This document shows, one piece after another, positions 27,792 through 36,498 of a stretch of DNA of 36,498 bases. Positions within the stretch are counted from its first letter, which is position 1; each line of letters starts with the position of its first letter. Source of the DNA: a virus (taxonomy: Duplodnaviria; Caudoviricetes); the IMG/VR virus record IMGVR_UViG_3300002092_000103, positions 1 to 36,498 of that record; one strand, written 5' to 3'. The notes below the pieces were generated by a model, which did not search any database, was not told the DNA's origin, and saw only the letters and a list, made by a program, of their open reading frames with translations. Position numbers and translations under genes: made by a program.

Positions 27792-28430
27792 CTATCCTAA
27801 GAGTAACTTAGGTTTAGCAGCCTCTATCTCCGATACAAGCTCTTTCATATATCTTATAGCTAATTCAATTCTCTCTTTAACAAATTTAACTTCTTCCTGG
27901 TCTAGCTCTAATCTGAATATAAACATCTTATAGTCGTCTTGAACTCTTGGATCAAAGCTAATAAAGTCACAGAATGTAGCTTCAGCACATATCATATTAG
28001 AGATACATTGGTAGTAGTAGTTGGGTGCTACCTTTCTAAACTTAGCTGCTGTATTAATCATTCCATGTTTAAAATGATTTGCAGATTTAAAAGGACACTT
28101 TACCTCTATAATGCCTCCTGTAGTAATAATACCATCAGGTGAACCGCCATAAAAATCTCCTGCAGGAATAAAAGAAGCTTTATCGACCTTTAAGCCTGTC
28201 TTCTCTTGGTAGTGGTCTATTGCTATTGGCTCTAAATCTGTACCCCAGCTTAGTGCTGCACCAACTGCTGGTTCTGTAACACCTCCATACAGTTCACAAA
28301 CTTTTTCGAGTAAGTAAGTCTTAGCGGTTTCGCTAAAATCTCCTCTACCCATTATTTTATGAATTTCTGAGCTTGTTATTTTAGCTTTTCTAATTTCAAA
28401 CCAAGCCTCTGAACGTTGTTCTATAATCAT
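27792..28430 (-). CDS. YqaJ/lambda-exonuclease-type recombination nuclease
   Basis: QRSEAWF..R...ITSSE, WG..LEP, GSPDG, IEVKCP, YYYQ. Confidence 0.9.
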   Translation of the reverse strand: MIIEQRSEAWFEIRKAKITSSEIHKIMGRGDFSETAKTYLLEKVCELYGGVTEPAVGAALSWGTDLEPIAIDHYQEKTGLKVDKASFIPAGDFYGGSPDGIITTGGIIEVKCPFKSANHFKHGMINTAAKFRKVAPNYYYQCISNMICAEATFCDFISFDPRVQDDYKMFIFRLELDQEEVKFVKERIELAIRYMKELVSEIEAAKPKLLLG

Positions 28431-29350
28431 AATTGCATTTTCTTTAAAAGTAACTCACCAAATGTAAGTTGCTTTGCATGATGTAAATATTTTGTCATTT
28501 CTTCAAACCCTATATCAGATGGATCTTTACCATTTAATTCAATTAAGTAAACATCTTTACCGAGATTAATCAATTGTTGTGCATATTTAAGTGCTTCCTT
28601 TAAAGCATCTTTATCTAAGGCTAAGTATACAGTTTTAACATCGCTCTGTACAAGTTTCATCATTAAAGCCTTCGGTATACTTTTACCAAATAGAGGTATT
28701 GCATTACGTTTTAAAGCAATTGCATCAAAAATACCCTCACAGAGTACGACAGGTACCTTCCAGTTAATAAAATACTCTAGACCTACTAGTTCATTTTTAT
28801 TACAACTAGGTGCATTATACTTTCTTCCTGAATCTTTTTCAAAAGAACGAGAGATAAAGTAGTTTAATCTACCTCTTGAGTCATAAGAAGGAACTATTAT
28901 AGAGTTTCTATATTTTCCTGCTTCACAATACCCGATATTATACTTTATAATGTCTGTATCTGTTATACCTCTACCCGTAGTATAAGATTTAGCCTGTCTA
29001 TAAGTCAGTTTTGTACTAGGCTTTACAAGAGAGACGAACTCTTTCGGTAATTCTACTACTTCGTACTGCTTATCGTCTATCTCTCCCTTACCTCCTGGGA
29101 AATAACTTCTCATCTCAGCAATTTGAGTAGAAGTGGCTTGTACTTTCTTAAGTAAAGACACTAAGTTTCTACCTTTCGTAGCAGGTTCACAAGTCCAGCA
29201 GTGATAAAACCCAGTCTTTGGGTCTATCTCAAGCTTTGGCTTATGATGCTTACAGAAAGGACAGTGAAATGCGTGATTTCCCTTAGTAGAAGGCTTAGAT
29301 TTACCTAAGACATTATGTAAAAGCCCTAAAACTAGGCGTGAATTCTCCAT
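28427..29350 (-). CDS. DNA primase (zinc finger + TOPRIM)
   Basis: CPFC...HCWTC; EGIFD, LDKDA, KDPSD. Confidence 0.88.
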   Translation of the reverse strand: MENSRLVLGLLHNVLGKSKPSTKGNHAFHCPFCKHHKPKLEIDPKTGFYHCWTCEPATKGRNLVSLLKKVQATSTQIAEMRSYFPGGKGEIDDKQYEVVELPKEFVSLVKPSTKLTYRQAKSYTTGRGITDTDIIKYNIGYCEAGKYRNSIIVPSYDSRGRLNYFISRSFEKDSGRKYNAPSCNKNELVGLEYFINWKVPVVLCEGIFDAIALKRNAIPLFGKSIPKALMMKLVQSDVKTVYLALDKDALKEALKYAQQLINLGKDVYLIELNGKDPSDIGFEEMTKYLHHAKQLTFGELLLKKMQL

Positions 29351-29372
29351 TAATGTACAGTCTTTAATGAAT

Positions 29373-29401
29373 AATGTAAGAAATTATTCTAATTATACCA
29401 A
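29373..29401 (-). promoter_or_regulatory. Putative host-RNAP promoter TTGGTA-N17-TACATT
   Basis: Upstream of primase; same spacing as two other copies. Confidence 0.6.
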
Positions 29402-29851
29402 ATCTTTTCTAAAGAATTTAGCAAGTACGTTGTCGTTGTAAGACTTATCTGTTAAAAGTACCTCGTTTATGCATTGGTAATGTACTTCCCAATAGGTTAA
29501 TTGCTTTTTATTAAAGCAGAATTTAAGTATTTCTTTACGGAAGCTATCTGTACCTGAGTCTTTAATTTCCTGTAAGATTCCCTTGTTAGAACCCCAGTAA
29601 TCCATCCAATTTGACTCAGATGTAACTAGTTTTTTAGTAGGTTTTCTACCTGGTCCGCTGTATTCAGCTAATTCTTTCTTAGTTAACTTTTTTCTAACGT
29701 TGGAATACAGGGATTTTTTGCCAATGTAAAATTTTCCAGTCTTAATATTTGTAATTTTATACACAAATCCAACGCAGTTTTCAGGGAATTTATCAACAGA
29801 ATCGTATTCTACTACGTGTCCGTTTTCATATATAAACCATTTTTTTGACAT
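29393..29851 (-). CDS. GIY-YIG domain protein
   Basis: GFVYKITNIKTGKFYIGKK, YWGS, FRKEIL, YN motif; no NUMOD tail. Confidence 0.75.
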   Translation of the reverse strand: MSKKWFIYENGHVVEYDSVDKFPENCVGFVYKITNIKTGKFYIGKKSLYSNVRKKLTKKELAEYSGPGRKPTKKLVTSESNWMDYWGSNKGILQEIKDSGTDSFRKEILKFCFNKKQLTYWEVHYQCINEVLLTDKSYNDNVLAKFFRKDLV

Positions 29852-29863
29852 AAACTTAGGGTT

Positions 29864-30229
29864 TTAGCTATCCCATCTTACTATAAATGTGATATCTGTA
29901 TTTTCTGGAATTGGATATGGAGTTGCAAGTTTTCCAACTACTAATAATTCATTAGATTCATTGAAGAGTCCGACGGTAGTTACGTAAGGATTGAAGGAAG
30001 ATCCTGTAACGTTATCAATAAGGGTACCGTCTGTAATAATAGCTGTAGAGCTGCTATAGAAAGGTAAAGCTGGCGAACCTGTAATTACTGTTCTATACTT
30101 AAATACTGAAGGATTTTGTGAGTAATTAAAATCATTTTCAAGTACTCTACATTTAACTTCGTTAACGTAAATCGTTGTTTCTGAAGTTAATCCTAAATTA
30201 TACGGTACGGTTGAAATGGCTACTGGCAT
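29864..30229 (-). CDS. Putative baseplate/tail-associated structural protein
   Basis: PYVTTVGLFNESNELLVVGKL resembles tail-collar/baseplate domain motifs; TATTTATA at 30233-30240. Confidence 0.5.
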   Translation of the reverse strand: MPVAISTVPYNLGLTSETTIYVNEVKCRVLENDFNYSQNPSVFKYRTVITGSPALPFYSSSTAIITDGTLIDNVTGSSFNPYVTTVGLFNESNELLVVGKLATPYPIPENTDITFIVRWDS

Positions 30230-30240
30230 AGTTATAAATA

Positions 30241-31896
30241 TCAGTTTTCACGTCTTTCTTCAGCAGCGTAAAATTCAAATCTATTATGCTCTGTCGGGGA
30301 TGCTAATAAAATACCTGGCTTTATTTCACTTTCTGCTGTTTTTTGGTATATTAAAGACATCCAAGTTTGCTCATATGGATGTGCCCATTTAGTATCTAGA
30401 AACATTTTTTTATTTCCTTCGCGTGAAACTATCTGAGGCCAGTTACAATAGAAAACTTTTCCAGTTGCATAAGGTAATCCTTTATAAGATTTTATATTGT
30501 TAAATTCTATATAAGGAGCTTTTTCGATATCTGAATCATTTTTAACGGGGTTTTCAGGAAATAATTTTGCTCTTACATCGGCAGGTATATTATGCCAAGC
30601 CCATTGCTTTCTATTGTCTCCGTAAAATTCACTAAAATTAAATTTTAAAAAATCAAACTTCTCTATTTTTGCAATATGTAATATTCCTTCATATAAATTT
30701 TCAATCTTTCTTTTAAATCCGTTTCTACAAAACTCTTCTGGTCCATTAAAGAAAAACATGTCGTCTTCAAAAAACATATGAAAATCAAATTTATTCTCTT
30801 CAGCATGTTCTGCACAAAATTGCCTGCCACCGCAAATTCCAATATTATCTTTTTTAATTTCTTCAAAGTTATATTCTTTACATAACTCAGCAAATTTTTC
30901 ATCAGTAGAGCGATCTGTTGAATTATTTAATAAAAATTTTGTTGGTTTATCTAAAAAATTTCTATCATACTTTTCAAAAGATTTACAAAGGGTATTAAAT
31001 TGACTTGGAAAATTAAAACCTATTACATAAAGAGCTACCTTATCTTCAATACTAGGTAATTCTTTATTTTTTAGCATTTCAAAAAAAGGCCATACAAGTC
31101 CATTGCCTTCAATTTCAAAAGGATGAATTAAATCAGGGTGCTTATAAGTTAGGATTGTAAATAAACATTCGTCCGCACCCATATACCCGCTGTTAATGGT
31201 ATCTTCGAGTAGGGAGTAATATAAATTATTTAACTTATGTATTTGATCTTTTTCACCTCCCCAAAATCCACCTCTCGATATTTTACCTACAAAATCTACT
31301 CCGCAATACTCAGCTATTTTACTTCTTTCAAATCCGTGAATTTCAGTATTACCTTCGTAAGGATAAGTTATAAAAGTAAGCTTTTTAATTGAATCTGTAT
31401 AATTCTGTAGTTTGTTAAAGACGTTATCGTAGTTAAAATAACCCTGATTAACTGTGGAGGTTAATCCTCCATCGATCCAATAGAAGTATTTTGAATTAAA
31501 GGGATTCATTACGGCTGAATCATTAACCATAAACATCTTACACATCATCATTGGATTATAATATTCCAATGCAGCTTGTGGAGATTCAGGTAGCCATCCA
31601 GCTATATTATACCATTCAGGATTAGTTCTAATTTCTTGAAGTTTATCAAAAAAAGGAAACCAGGTTTTAAAATCTTCAAGTTCTTTAAAGTAAATCTGTG
31701 TAGGTTTATTTTTTCTAATTTTTAAAACTTCTTGCTCTAATTCTCTAGGTATCCATATACACATTGCTACATCAGATTCTAGTAGCTCAAAGAACCTATC
31801 TTTATATTGTTGAAAATTTCTTTTAGCCCAGCCCTCGATATTTCCTCTACCTAAATCCCATAGTCCTGTGACTATAGTTACCGAATTTGTTTTCAT
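30241..31896 (-). CDS. HtrL/YibB-like glycosyltransferase fused to a GT-A-like domain
   Basis: VTIVTGLWDLGR, NPFNSKYFYWIDGG, GGFWGG; second domain NIGICGGRQ...FFEDD. Confidence 0.7.
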   Translation of the reverse strand: MKTNSVTIVTGLWDLGRGNIEGWAKRNFQQYKDRFFELLESDVAMCIWIPRELEQEVLKIRKNKPTQIYFKELEDFKTWFPFFDKLQEIRTNPEWYNIAGWLPESPQAALEYYNPMMMCKMFMVNDSAVMNPFNSKYFYWIDGGLTSTVNQGYFNYDNVFNKLQNYTDSIKKLTFITYPYEGNTEIHGFERSKIAEYCGVDFVGKISRGGFWGGEKDQIHKLNNLYYSLLEDTINSGYMGADECLFTILTYKHPDLIHPFEIEGNGLVWPFFEMLKNKELPSIEDKVALYVIGFNFPSQFNTLCKSFEKYDRNFLDKPTKFLLNNSTDRSTDEKFAELCKEYNFEEIKKDNIGICGGRQFCAEHAEENKFDFHMFFEDDMFFFNGPEEFCRNGFKRKIENLYEGILHIAKIEKFDFLKFNFSEFYGDNRKQWAWHNIPADVRAKLFPENPVKNDSDIEKAPYIEFNNIKSYKGLPYATGKVFYCNWPQIVSREGNKKMFLDTKWAHPYEQTWMSLIYQKTAESEIKPGILLASPTEHNRFEFYAAEERREN

Positions 31897-32502
31897 CTAA
31901 GATATTTTTTGCTTACAAACCCACACTACTTTATCAAAAATCTCTTTATTATAATGTACTAGGTTTTGTTCTTTTGAAACTTTTTCAATGTAGATATCTT
32001 CTATCTCACACCAGTTCCAAATCTTATCTACATAGTTTTCTTTATAGTTTTGCCATACGTCTATATAATCATGTGCCATTATAAAATCTCCTACTTTTAT
32101 AAGAGGAGCAATCATATTAAATTCGCCAATTTTATGACCACCATCACACAATACTAAAGTAGTTCCTTCTTCTTGTATAAATGGAATAATTCTTTCTGGT
32201 TTTTCTAAGTTTAAATAAGGTTGATCAAAAATATTTTCAATATTTATTTCAATATTCTCTTTTCGTATATCATTATACCAAGCAGCTTCATGTACATCAA
32301 AAGATCTTATTGGTGTATCATTTAATCCAATTTCGTTTAGCGTATCTCTTAAAAACAAAGTTAGACCTCCGCCCGCAGTTCCGATTTCTAAAATTCTTTT
32401 TGGCTTTATTTCAGTTAAAAAATTTTTAAAAACTTCAAATGCATCATTATGCTGCTGTGCTGTATACCCCTTATAAGCTGTATGCCCTGTTACTATACTC
32501 AT
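31897..32502 (-). CDS. Class I SAM-dependent methyltransferase-like protein
   Basis: ILEIGTAGGGLT motif I, SFD, DGGH, HD. Confidence 0.75.
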   Translation of the reverse strand: MSIVTGHTAYKGYTAQQHNDAFEVFKNFLTEIKPKRILEIGTAGGGLTLFLRDTLNEIGLNDTPIRSFDVHEAAWYNDIRKENIEINIENIFDQPYLNLEKPERIIPFIQEEGTTLVLCDGGHKIGEFNMIAPLIKVGDFIMAHDYIDVWQNYKENYVDKIWNWCEIEDIYIEKVSKEQNLVHYNKEIFDKVVWVCKQKIS

Positions 32503-32508
32503 GCTATA

Positions 32509-33510
32509 TTAATTTAACCAGTTATTTAATTTTAATAATTCAAATGTTAATTTTTCTTTCTGCTCTCCTAGTATATTTCTATCTGCCCACTTAAGTTGAT
32601 TTTCTGAGATAAAATTTAAGAACTCAGTATCGTTTATAACTTCATTATATCTTTGAATATACAAATCTGCTACTCCTTCATCTCCGTTTTTTTCATAAGC
32701 AACATAAGCATATTCTCTTGGTATGGAGATATAATGGTGATTTGGTAATAATGGATCGTGAGTTGTATCCTTAAATTCAATTCGAATAAAAGGGAGTCCT
32801 AGTGTAGTATATTCAATATCTCTATAACAAAATTCTCCTGTATGATCATAAGGAGTATTGTATTTATCTAAATCTAGATAATAAGATAACCCAATTTTAC
32901 TTTTTATTAGCTTTTCTAAGTACTGATCATGTACTGAGGTTTGATCTAGGGGCTGCATAAATCCTTTATTATCTACAATCCTAATCATTTTCCTATAACT
33001 ATCAACTCCGCTTCCTAACCAGAACATTTTATCTTCAAAATTTTCTATTTCCTTTCTCTTACCTCTATATAATTCGTAATCAAATTCTTGAAAAGGTAAA
33101 AAAATCCATGGCTTTATTTTATGTAGATGGCTAATAGCATTCTCTTTTCTCATCCAATAGTATACATTATGCCAATTAAAATGACATAGTAGTACGTCGG
33201 TACAGATATCTGATTTAGCAATGTGTGAAATATAGCTATTAAAGTACTCTGTAAAAGAAATTACCTTTACTTCTCCGGATTCTAAATTTTCAATGACGCA
33301 ATCGACGTCTGATAAAGGAGGGGCGGTACCGAATCCGCCTACACTTTTCATTAATTCAATAGTTCCGCTAAACGTATTACCGTCCTTATTGTAGTTTACT
33401 ACCTCAATATCAAAAAATTTTGCTAGATATGCATCAAATTTTTTAAAAAATGGTAAATGAGCTCTTCCCCACATCTCATTTTCATACCTATGAATTCTAA
33501 TTTTTTTCAC
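32509..33510 (-). CDS. Putative glycosyltransferase (GT-B-like C-terminus)
   Basis: Y...L..SKIGLS, CYRDIEY..LGLPFI, LPNHHYI; cluster context. Confidence 0.5.
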   Translation of the reverse strand: MKKIRIHRYENEMWGRAHLPFFKKFDAYLAKFFDIEVVNYNKDGNTFSGTIELMKSVGGFGTAPPLSDVDCVIENLESGEVKVISFTEYFNSYISHIAKSDICTDVLLCHFNWHNVYYWMRKENAISHLHKIKPWIFLPFQEFDYELYRGKRKEIENFEDKMFWLGSGVDSYRKMIRIVDNKGFMQPLDQTSVHDQYLEKLIKSKIGLSYYLDLDKYNTPYDHTGEFCYRDIEYTTLGLPFIRIEFKDTTHDPLLPNHHYISIPREYAYVAYEKNGDEGVADLYIQRYNEVINDTEFLNFISENQLKWADRNILGEQKEKLTFELLKLNNWLN

Positions 33511-34766
33511 TATAAGTTACTTTCTATTTTTTCACACCATCCTTTTGAAATTGAGTGAGGCCATACTATCCATTTAACAGGCTTTTCTGCGTGTTGAAAC
33601 GTTCTCCATACTTTACAATAACCGTCAGGATCATTTTTCATACTAATAATTTCATCTGCAGTTGCATCTTGTCTAAAGATAGTTTCACCTTGCTCATTTT
33701 CAAATGCTACGCACCAAAAATCATAGTCGTTTTCAGGTACAGAATTAAAATTTATATCTATACAATGCTTAAATACGCGAGCAAAAGATGCTTCATACTC
33801 TTCAGGATTTTCTAGAATTGGATTAGGTGCAAATTTATTATCTAAGGTATATTGTTGAACTCCTCTTGTTGCAAATCTTAAGCCGCAATATTTTTCATAA
33901 TCTTCTAGACTTCTTTCTTTTCCGAAAGCATAAATGCCTAGTCTATTTCTTTGACAAGAAGTACAGCCAGGTTCCATACCGAATAATATACGGTTTCGTA
34001 AATGGGCATTTTTATTTCTATCTCCCCATTGTTTATCATCGTCCCATTGTTTAGTTCTACCTTTTCTAGTATATTCATGCCAAGCAATAACCTTATGAGG
34101 ATGAAATAAATCATAGCCTGAAGTGTAAGATCTTGCTGCTAAAGAAATCTCTTCTCCGTGAAAGTATAATTCAGGATCGTAAGGAACTTCTTGACACCAT
34201 TTACCTATTGTAAATATAAAATGAGCAGATAGGAATCTAGAAGGTACCGGCTGAGTCATATCTTGCCAACCTGGTATTGTAGCAGGTAGAAAGAAAACAG
34301 CTCCTTCTGGTATAAATCTATCAAAAGTTAACCACCAAGGTTCTTGTACTCTTTCTTTTGGATCGTTTTCTGGATTATAGGAAGGTATATAAGCAGTTAA
34401 AAGAGGTTTTTTATGTCCTGCTTTTTTTAATTGCTTAATCATCTTAATACATTCTGCATCCCAATTTTTTGTAAATCTATGATGGGAATCTAACTGAAGA
34501 TAATATTCCTCTCCGTTGTAGTTTTCTTGTAGTATACTTCTTGCCCAGCATGCTCCTTTAGACTCATTATAGGGAATATCTATAATTTTAAATCTAGGAT
34601 CATCTTTAAATTCGTCTAAAGTATCCCAAATATCATCAGGAGAATGTTGCCATGCGATTGAAAATACTAAATTTTCAGGGTTCTTAGCATTTGCAATTAA
34701 ATCCCTAAGAGTTGCTAATAACTCGGGATCTCTATATGATGCGATCGAAACAAAAATCTTTGCCAT
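33510..34766 (-). CDS. GT60-like (Skp1 GlcNAc-transferase type) polypeptide glycosyltransferase
   Basis: IFVSIASYRD, SKGACWAR, YYLQLDSHHRF..NWD, VPYDP.LYFHGEE...AARSYTSGYD, WHEY. Confidence 0.82.
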   Translation of the reverse strand: MAKIFVSIASYRDPELLATLRDLIANAKNPENLVFSIAWQHSPDDIWDTLDEFKDDPRFKIIDIPYNESKGACWARSILQENYNGEEYYLQLDSHHRFTKNWDAECIKMIKQLKKAGHKKPLLTAYIPSYNPENDPKERVQEPWWLTFDRFIPEGAVFFLPATIPGWQDMTQPVPSRFLSAHFIFTIGKWCQEVPYDPELYFHGEEISLAARSYTSGYDLFHPHKVIAWHEYTRKGRTKQWDDDKQWGDRNKNAHLRNRILFGMEPGCTSCQRNRLGIYAFGKERSLEDYEKYCGLRFATRGVQQYTLDNKFAPNPILENPEEYEASFARVFKHCIDINFNSVPENDYDFWCVAFENEQGETIFRQDATADEIISMKNDPDGYCKVWRTFQHAEKPVKWIVWPHSISKGWCEKIESNL

Positions 34767-34772
34767 AACTTT

Positions 34773-34801
34773 AATATAACCTTTTTATTTTATTATTCCA
34801 A
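34773..34801 (-). promoter_or_regulatory. Putative host-RNAP promoter TTGGAA-N17-TATATT
   Basis: 6 nt upstream of the GT60-like ATG. Confidence 0.65.
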
Positions 34802-34812
34802 ATTTTATTTTA

Positions 34813-36498
34813 TTAACATCCAGATACTGAAGAGTTAACTGTTAAGAATACTGTCACTGTGCTTGCACTACCTAATGTATAAGATTGACATGATCCTGGA
34901 GATGATGGGTAAGTACCTGTAGATCCAGCTGTCGCAAAGTTATTACTATTAGATGAATTTGATCCTAAGAATATAATACTTGTTCCAGCTGATACGTTTA
35001 TAGTTCCTACTGTACCGCCTCCAGTTGTTAAAGCTGTAGCTAATTGACTATATGAACTACCACCATTAGTACTGTACCATATGTACTTAGTACCATTAGC
35101 AGTTGAAGTTTGTTTAGCATTTACCGTTACTGTTACGTTAGATAATGTAGCAGTAGGAGTTGGTGTTACTGTTGGCGATGGTGTAGGTGTATTAGAAGGT
35201 ATAGTTGAACAATCTACTACGTCTGTAATTTGACCTGTTCCACCAATCTGAACGCCCCATACTGTTCCACCTTTTTGCATATAGTGGTAATTAGATCCAC
35301 CATCATATGTTGTACTTAATCCCACTTCGTTGTATACGAATTGACTTAATGTCGGAGTAGTATAAGCAGGAGCCATGTACTTGTTACTGTTTCCACTTCC
35401 GTTTCTACAAGCTAAAGTAGCATTTGCATATCCTGTTGTATCAGTAAAGAACTGTTGAGCAGGTGTTGTAGGAGTTGGTGTAGCGGTATTGGTTGGTGTA
35501 ATACTTGGTGTAATACTTGGAGTATTAGTTGGAGTTGCAGTATTAGTTGGAGTTGGAGTAGCGGTATTAGTTGGTGTAATACTTGGTGTATTACTTGGTG
35601 TAATGCTTGGTGTAACAGTCGGAGTATTAGTTGGTGTAGGTGTAGGTGTATTAGAAGGTATAGTTGAACAATCTACTACGTCTGTAATTTGACCTCCCGT
35701 TCCAATTTGTACGCCCCAATATGTACTTATTTTAAACATTAAGTGATAATTACTTCCACCATTAAACAATGTAGTAAGGCCTGGTTCATTATATACATAC
35801 TGACCAACAGTAGGCGTTGTATAGGCAGGAGCCATGTATTTGTTAGTACTTGGACTGCCATTTCTACAAGCCAAAGTAGCTGTAGCATATTGAGTTAAAT
35901 CAGTAAAGTAACTCTGTGCATTTGAAGTAGGACTAGGCGTTATCGTTGGCGTTGGTGTATTGGTTGGTGTAATGCTTGGTGTAACAGTCGGAGTATTAGT
36001 TGGTGTAGGTGTAGGAGTTTCAGAAGGTATAGTAGAACAATCTGTAATAGCTAAGGTTGTACCTAATGCGCCAATTTGTATGCCCCATGTAGTTCCGCCT
36101 AATTTAACTTGGTGGTAATTAGTACCTCCATCGTAAACCGTAGTTAATCCAGGTTCATTATAGAAGATAGTAGTGTTAACTACAGGTGTGGTAGTACCCG
36201 GCGTAGTATATTTGTTTGTAAGTGCATTACCATTTCTACAAGCTAAAGTAGCTGTTGCATATCTACCATTACCTCCAGCGCCTGTTAGTGTATCTACTAA
36301 GAATACTTGAGCTGCTTGAGTTGGAGTTGGGGTAATTGTATTGGTTGGTGTAATACTTGGTGTAATACTTGGTGTAACAGTCGGAGTATTAGTTGGTGTA
36401 GGTGTCGGTGTATTAGACGGTATAGTCGTACAATTTACAACATCGCCTACTACTCCATTTGAACCAATGACAATAGCCCATTGTGCTCCGCCAAGTCC
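34813..36498 (-). CDS. Repeat protein of two-Cys beta domains joined by Pro/Thr/Ser linkers; 5'-truncated by window edge
   Basis: Frame is open from 36498 (GLGGAQWAIVIGSNG...), so the track's TTG start at 35874 is internal; 3 full + 1 partial ATLACRNG...DCSTIP domains, each followed by TPTPTPTNTP-type linkers. Confidence 0.85.
   Translation of the reverse strand, partial: GLGGAQWAIVIGSNGVVGDVVNCTTIPSNTPTPTPTNTPTVTPSITPSITPTNTITPTPTQAAQVFLVDTLTGAGGNGRYATATLACRNGNALTNKYTTPGTTTPVVNTTIFYNEPGLTTVYDGGTNYHQVKLGGTTWGIQIGALGTTLAITDCSTIPSETPTPTPTNTPTVTPSITPTNTPTPTITPSPTSNAQSYFTDLTQYATATLACRNGSPSTNKYMAPAYTTPTVGQYVYNEPGLTTLFNGGSNYHLMFKISTYWGVQIGTGGQITDVVDCSTIPSNTPTPTPTNTPTVTPSITPSNTPSITPTNTATPTPTNTATPTNTPSITPSITPTNTATPTPTTPAQQFFTDTTGYANATLACRNGSGNSNKYMAPAYTTPTLSQFVYNEVGLSTTYDGGSNYHYMQKGGTVWGVQIGGTGQITDVVDCSTIPSNTPTPSPTVTPTPTATLSNVTVTVNAKQTSTANGTKYIWYSTNGGSSYSQLATALTTGGGTVGTINVSAGTSIIFLGSNSSNSNNFATAGSTGTYPSSPGSCQSYTLGSASTVTVFLTVNSSVSGC

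Noticed and set aside
8235-30902. Short out-of-frame minus-strand ORFs (8235..8465, 13273..13467, 16700..16903, 30663..30902)
   Set aside because: Nested in longer genes with no motifs or independent signals
4674-35692. Plus-strand ORFs in the track (e.g. 12555..12941, 13023..13361, 17691..17993, 35455..35667)
   Set aside because: All lie antisense to well-supported minus-strand genes and read as shadow ORFs
35180-35695. Repeat pair as a possible diversity-generating retroelement TR/VR
   Set aside because: Copies are identical with no adenine-specific differences, and no reverse transcriptase is in the window
1-36498. Stop-codon reassignment, introns or inteins as in some large phages
   Set aside because: TAA, TAG and TGA all end genes; TerL, portal, MCP and primase are uninterrupted and of ordinary length

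Overview
A 36.5 kb, AT-rich segment of a large T4-like dsDNA tailed phage genome, standard genetic code, with essentially all real genes on the minus strand. In transcription order (right to left): a partial Pro/Thr-linker repeat protein; a four-gene glycosylation/methylation cluster (GT60-like, putative GT, SAM methyltransferase, HtrL/YibB-like + GT-A); a small structural-type protein; a GIY-YIG protein; primase; YqaJ/lambda-type exonuclease; a late operon of small proteins (HxGH nucleotidyltransferase, HExxH zincin, ferritin-like, GH19 endolysin, charged proteins); the head module (TerL, portal, accessory proteins, a homing endonuclease, prohead protease, scaffold, major capsid protein); PhoH; neck/tail-completion genes; and a family of Ser/Ala/Tyr 'SASYA'-repeat fibre-like genes. 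Two promoter-like classes are visible: a TATTTAT motif before structural genes and TTGG(A/T)A-N17-TA(T/C)ATT before non-structural genes. A-rich leaders without Shine-Dalgarno sequences hint at a Bacteroidota host (inference). Best leads: (1) an accessory head protein carrying a 17/18-identical copy of the predicted mature N-terminal arm of the major capsid protein; (2) a possible phage mucin-type protein O-glycosylation system next to a mucin-like protein; (3) three candidate structured RNA leaders on structural genes. Family assignments come from motif recognition only; no searches were run.
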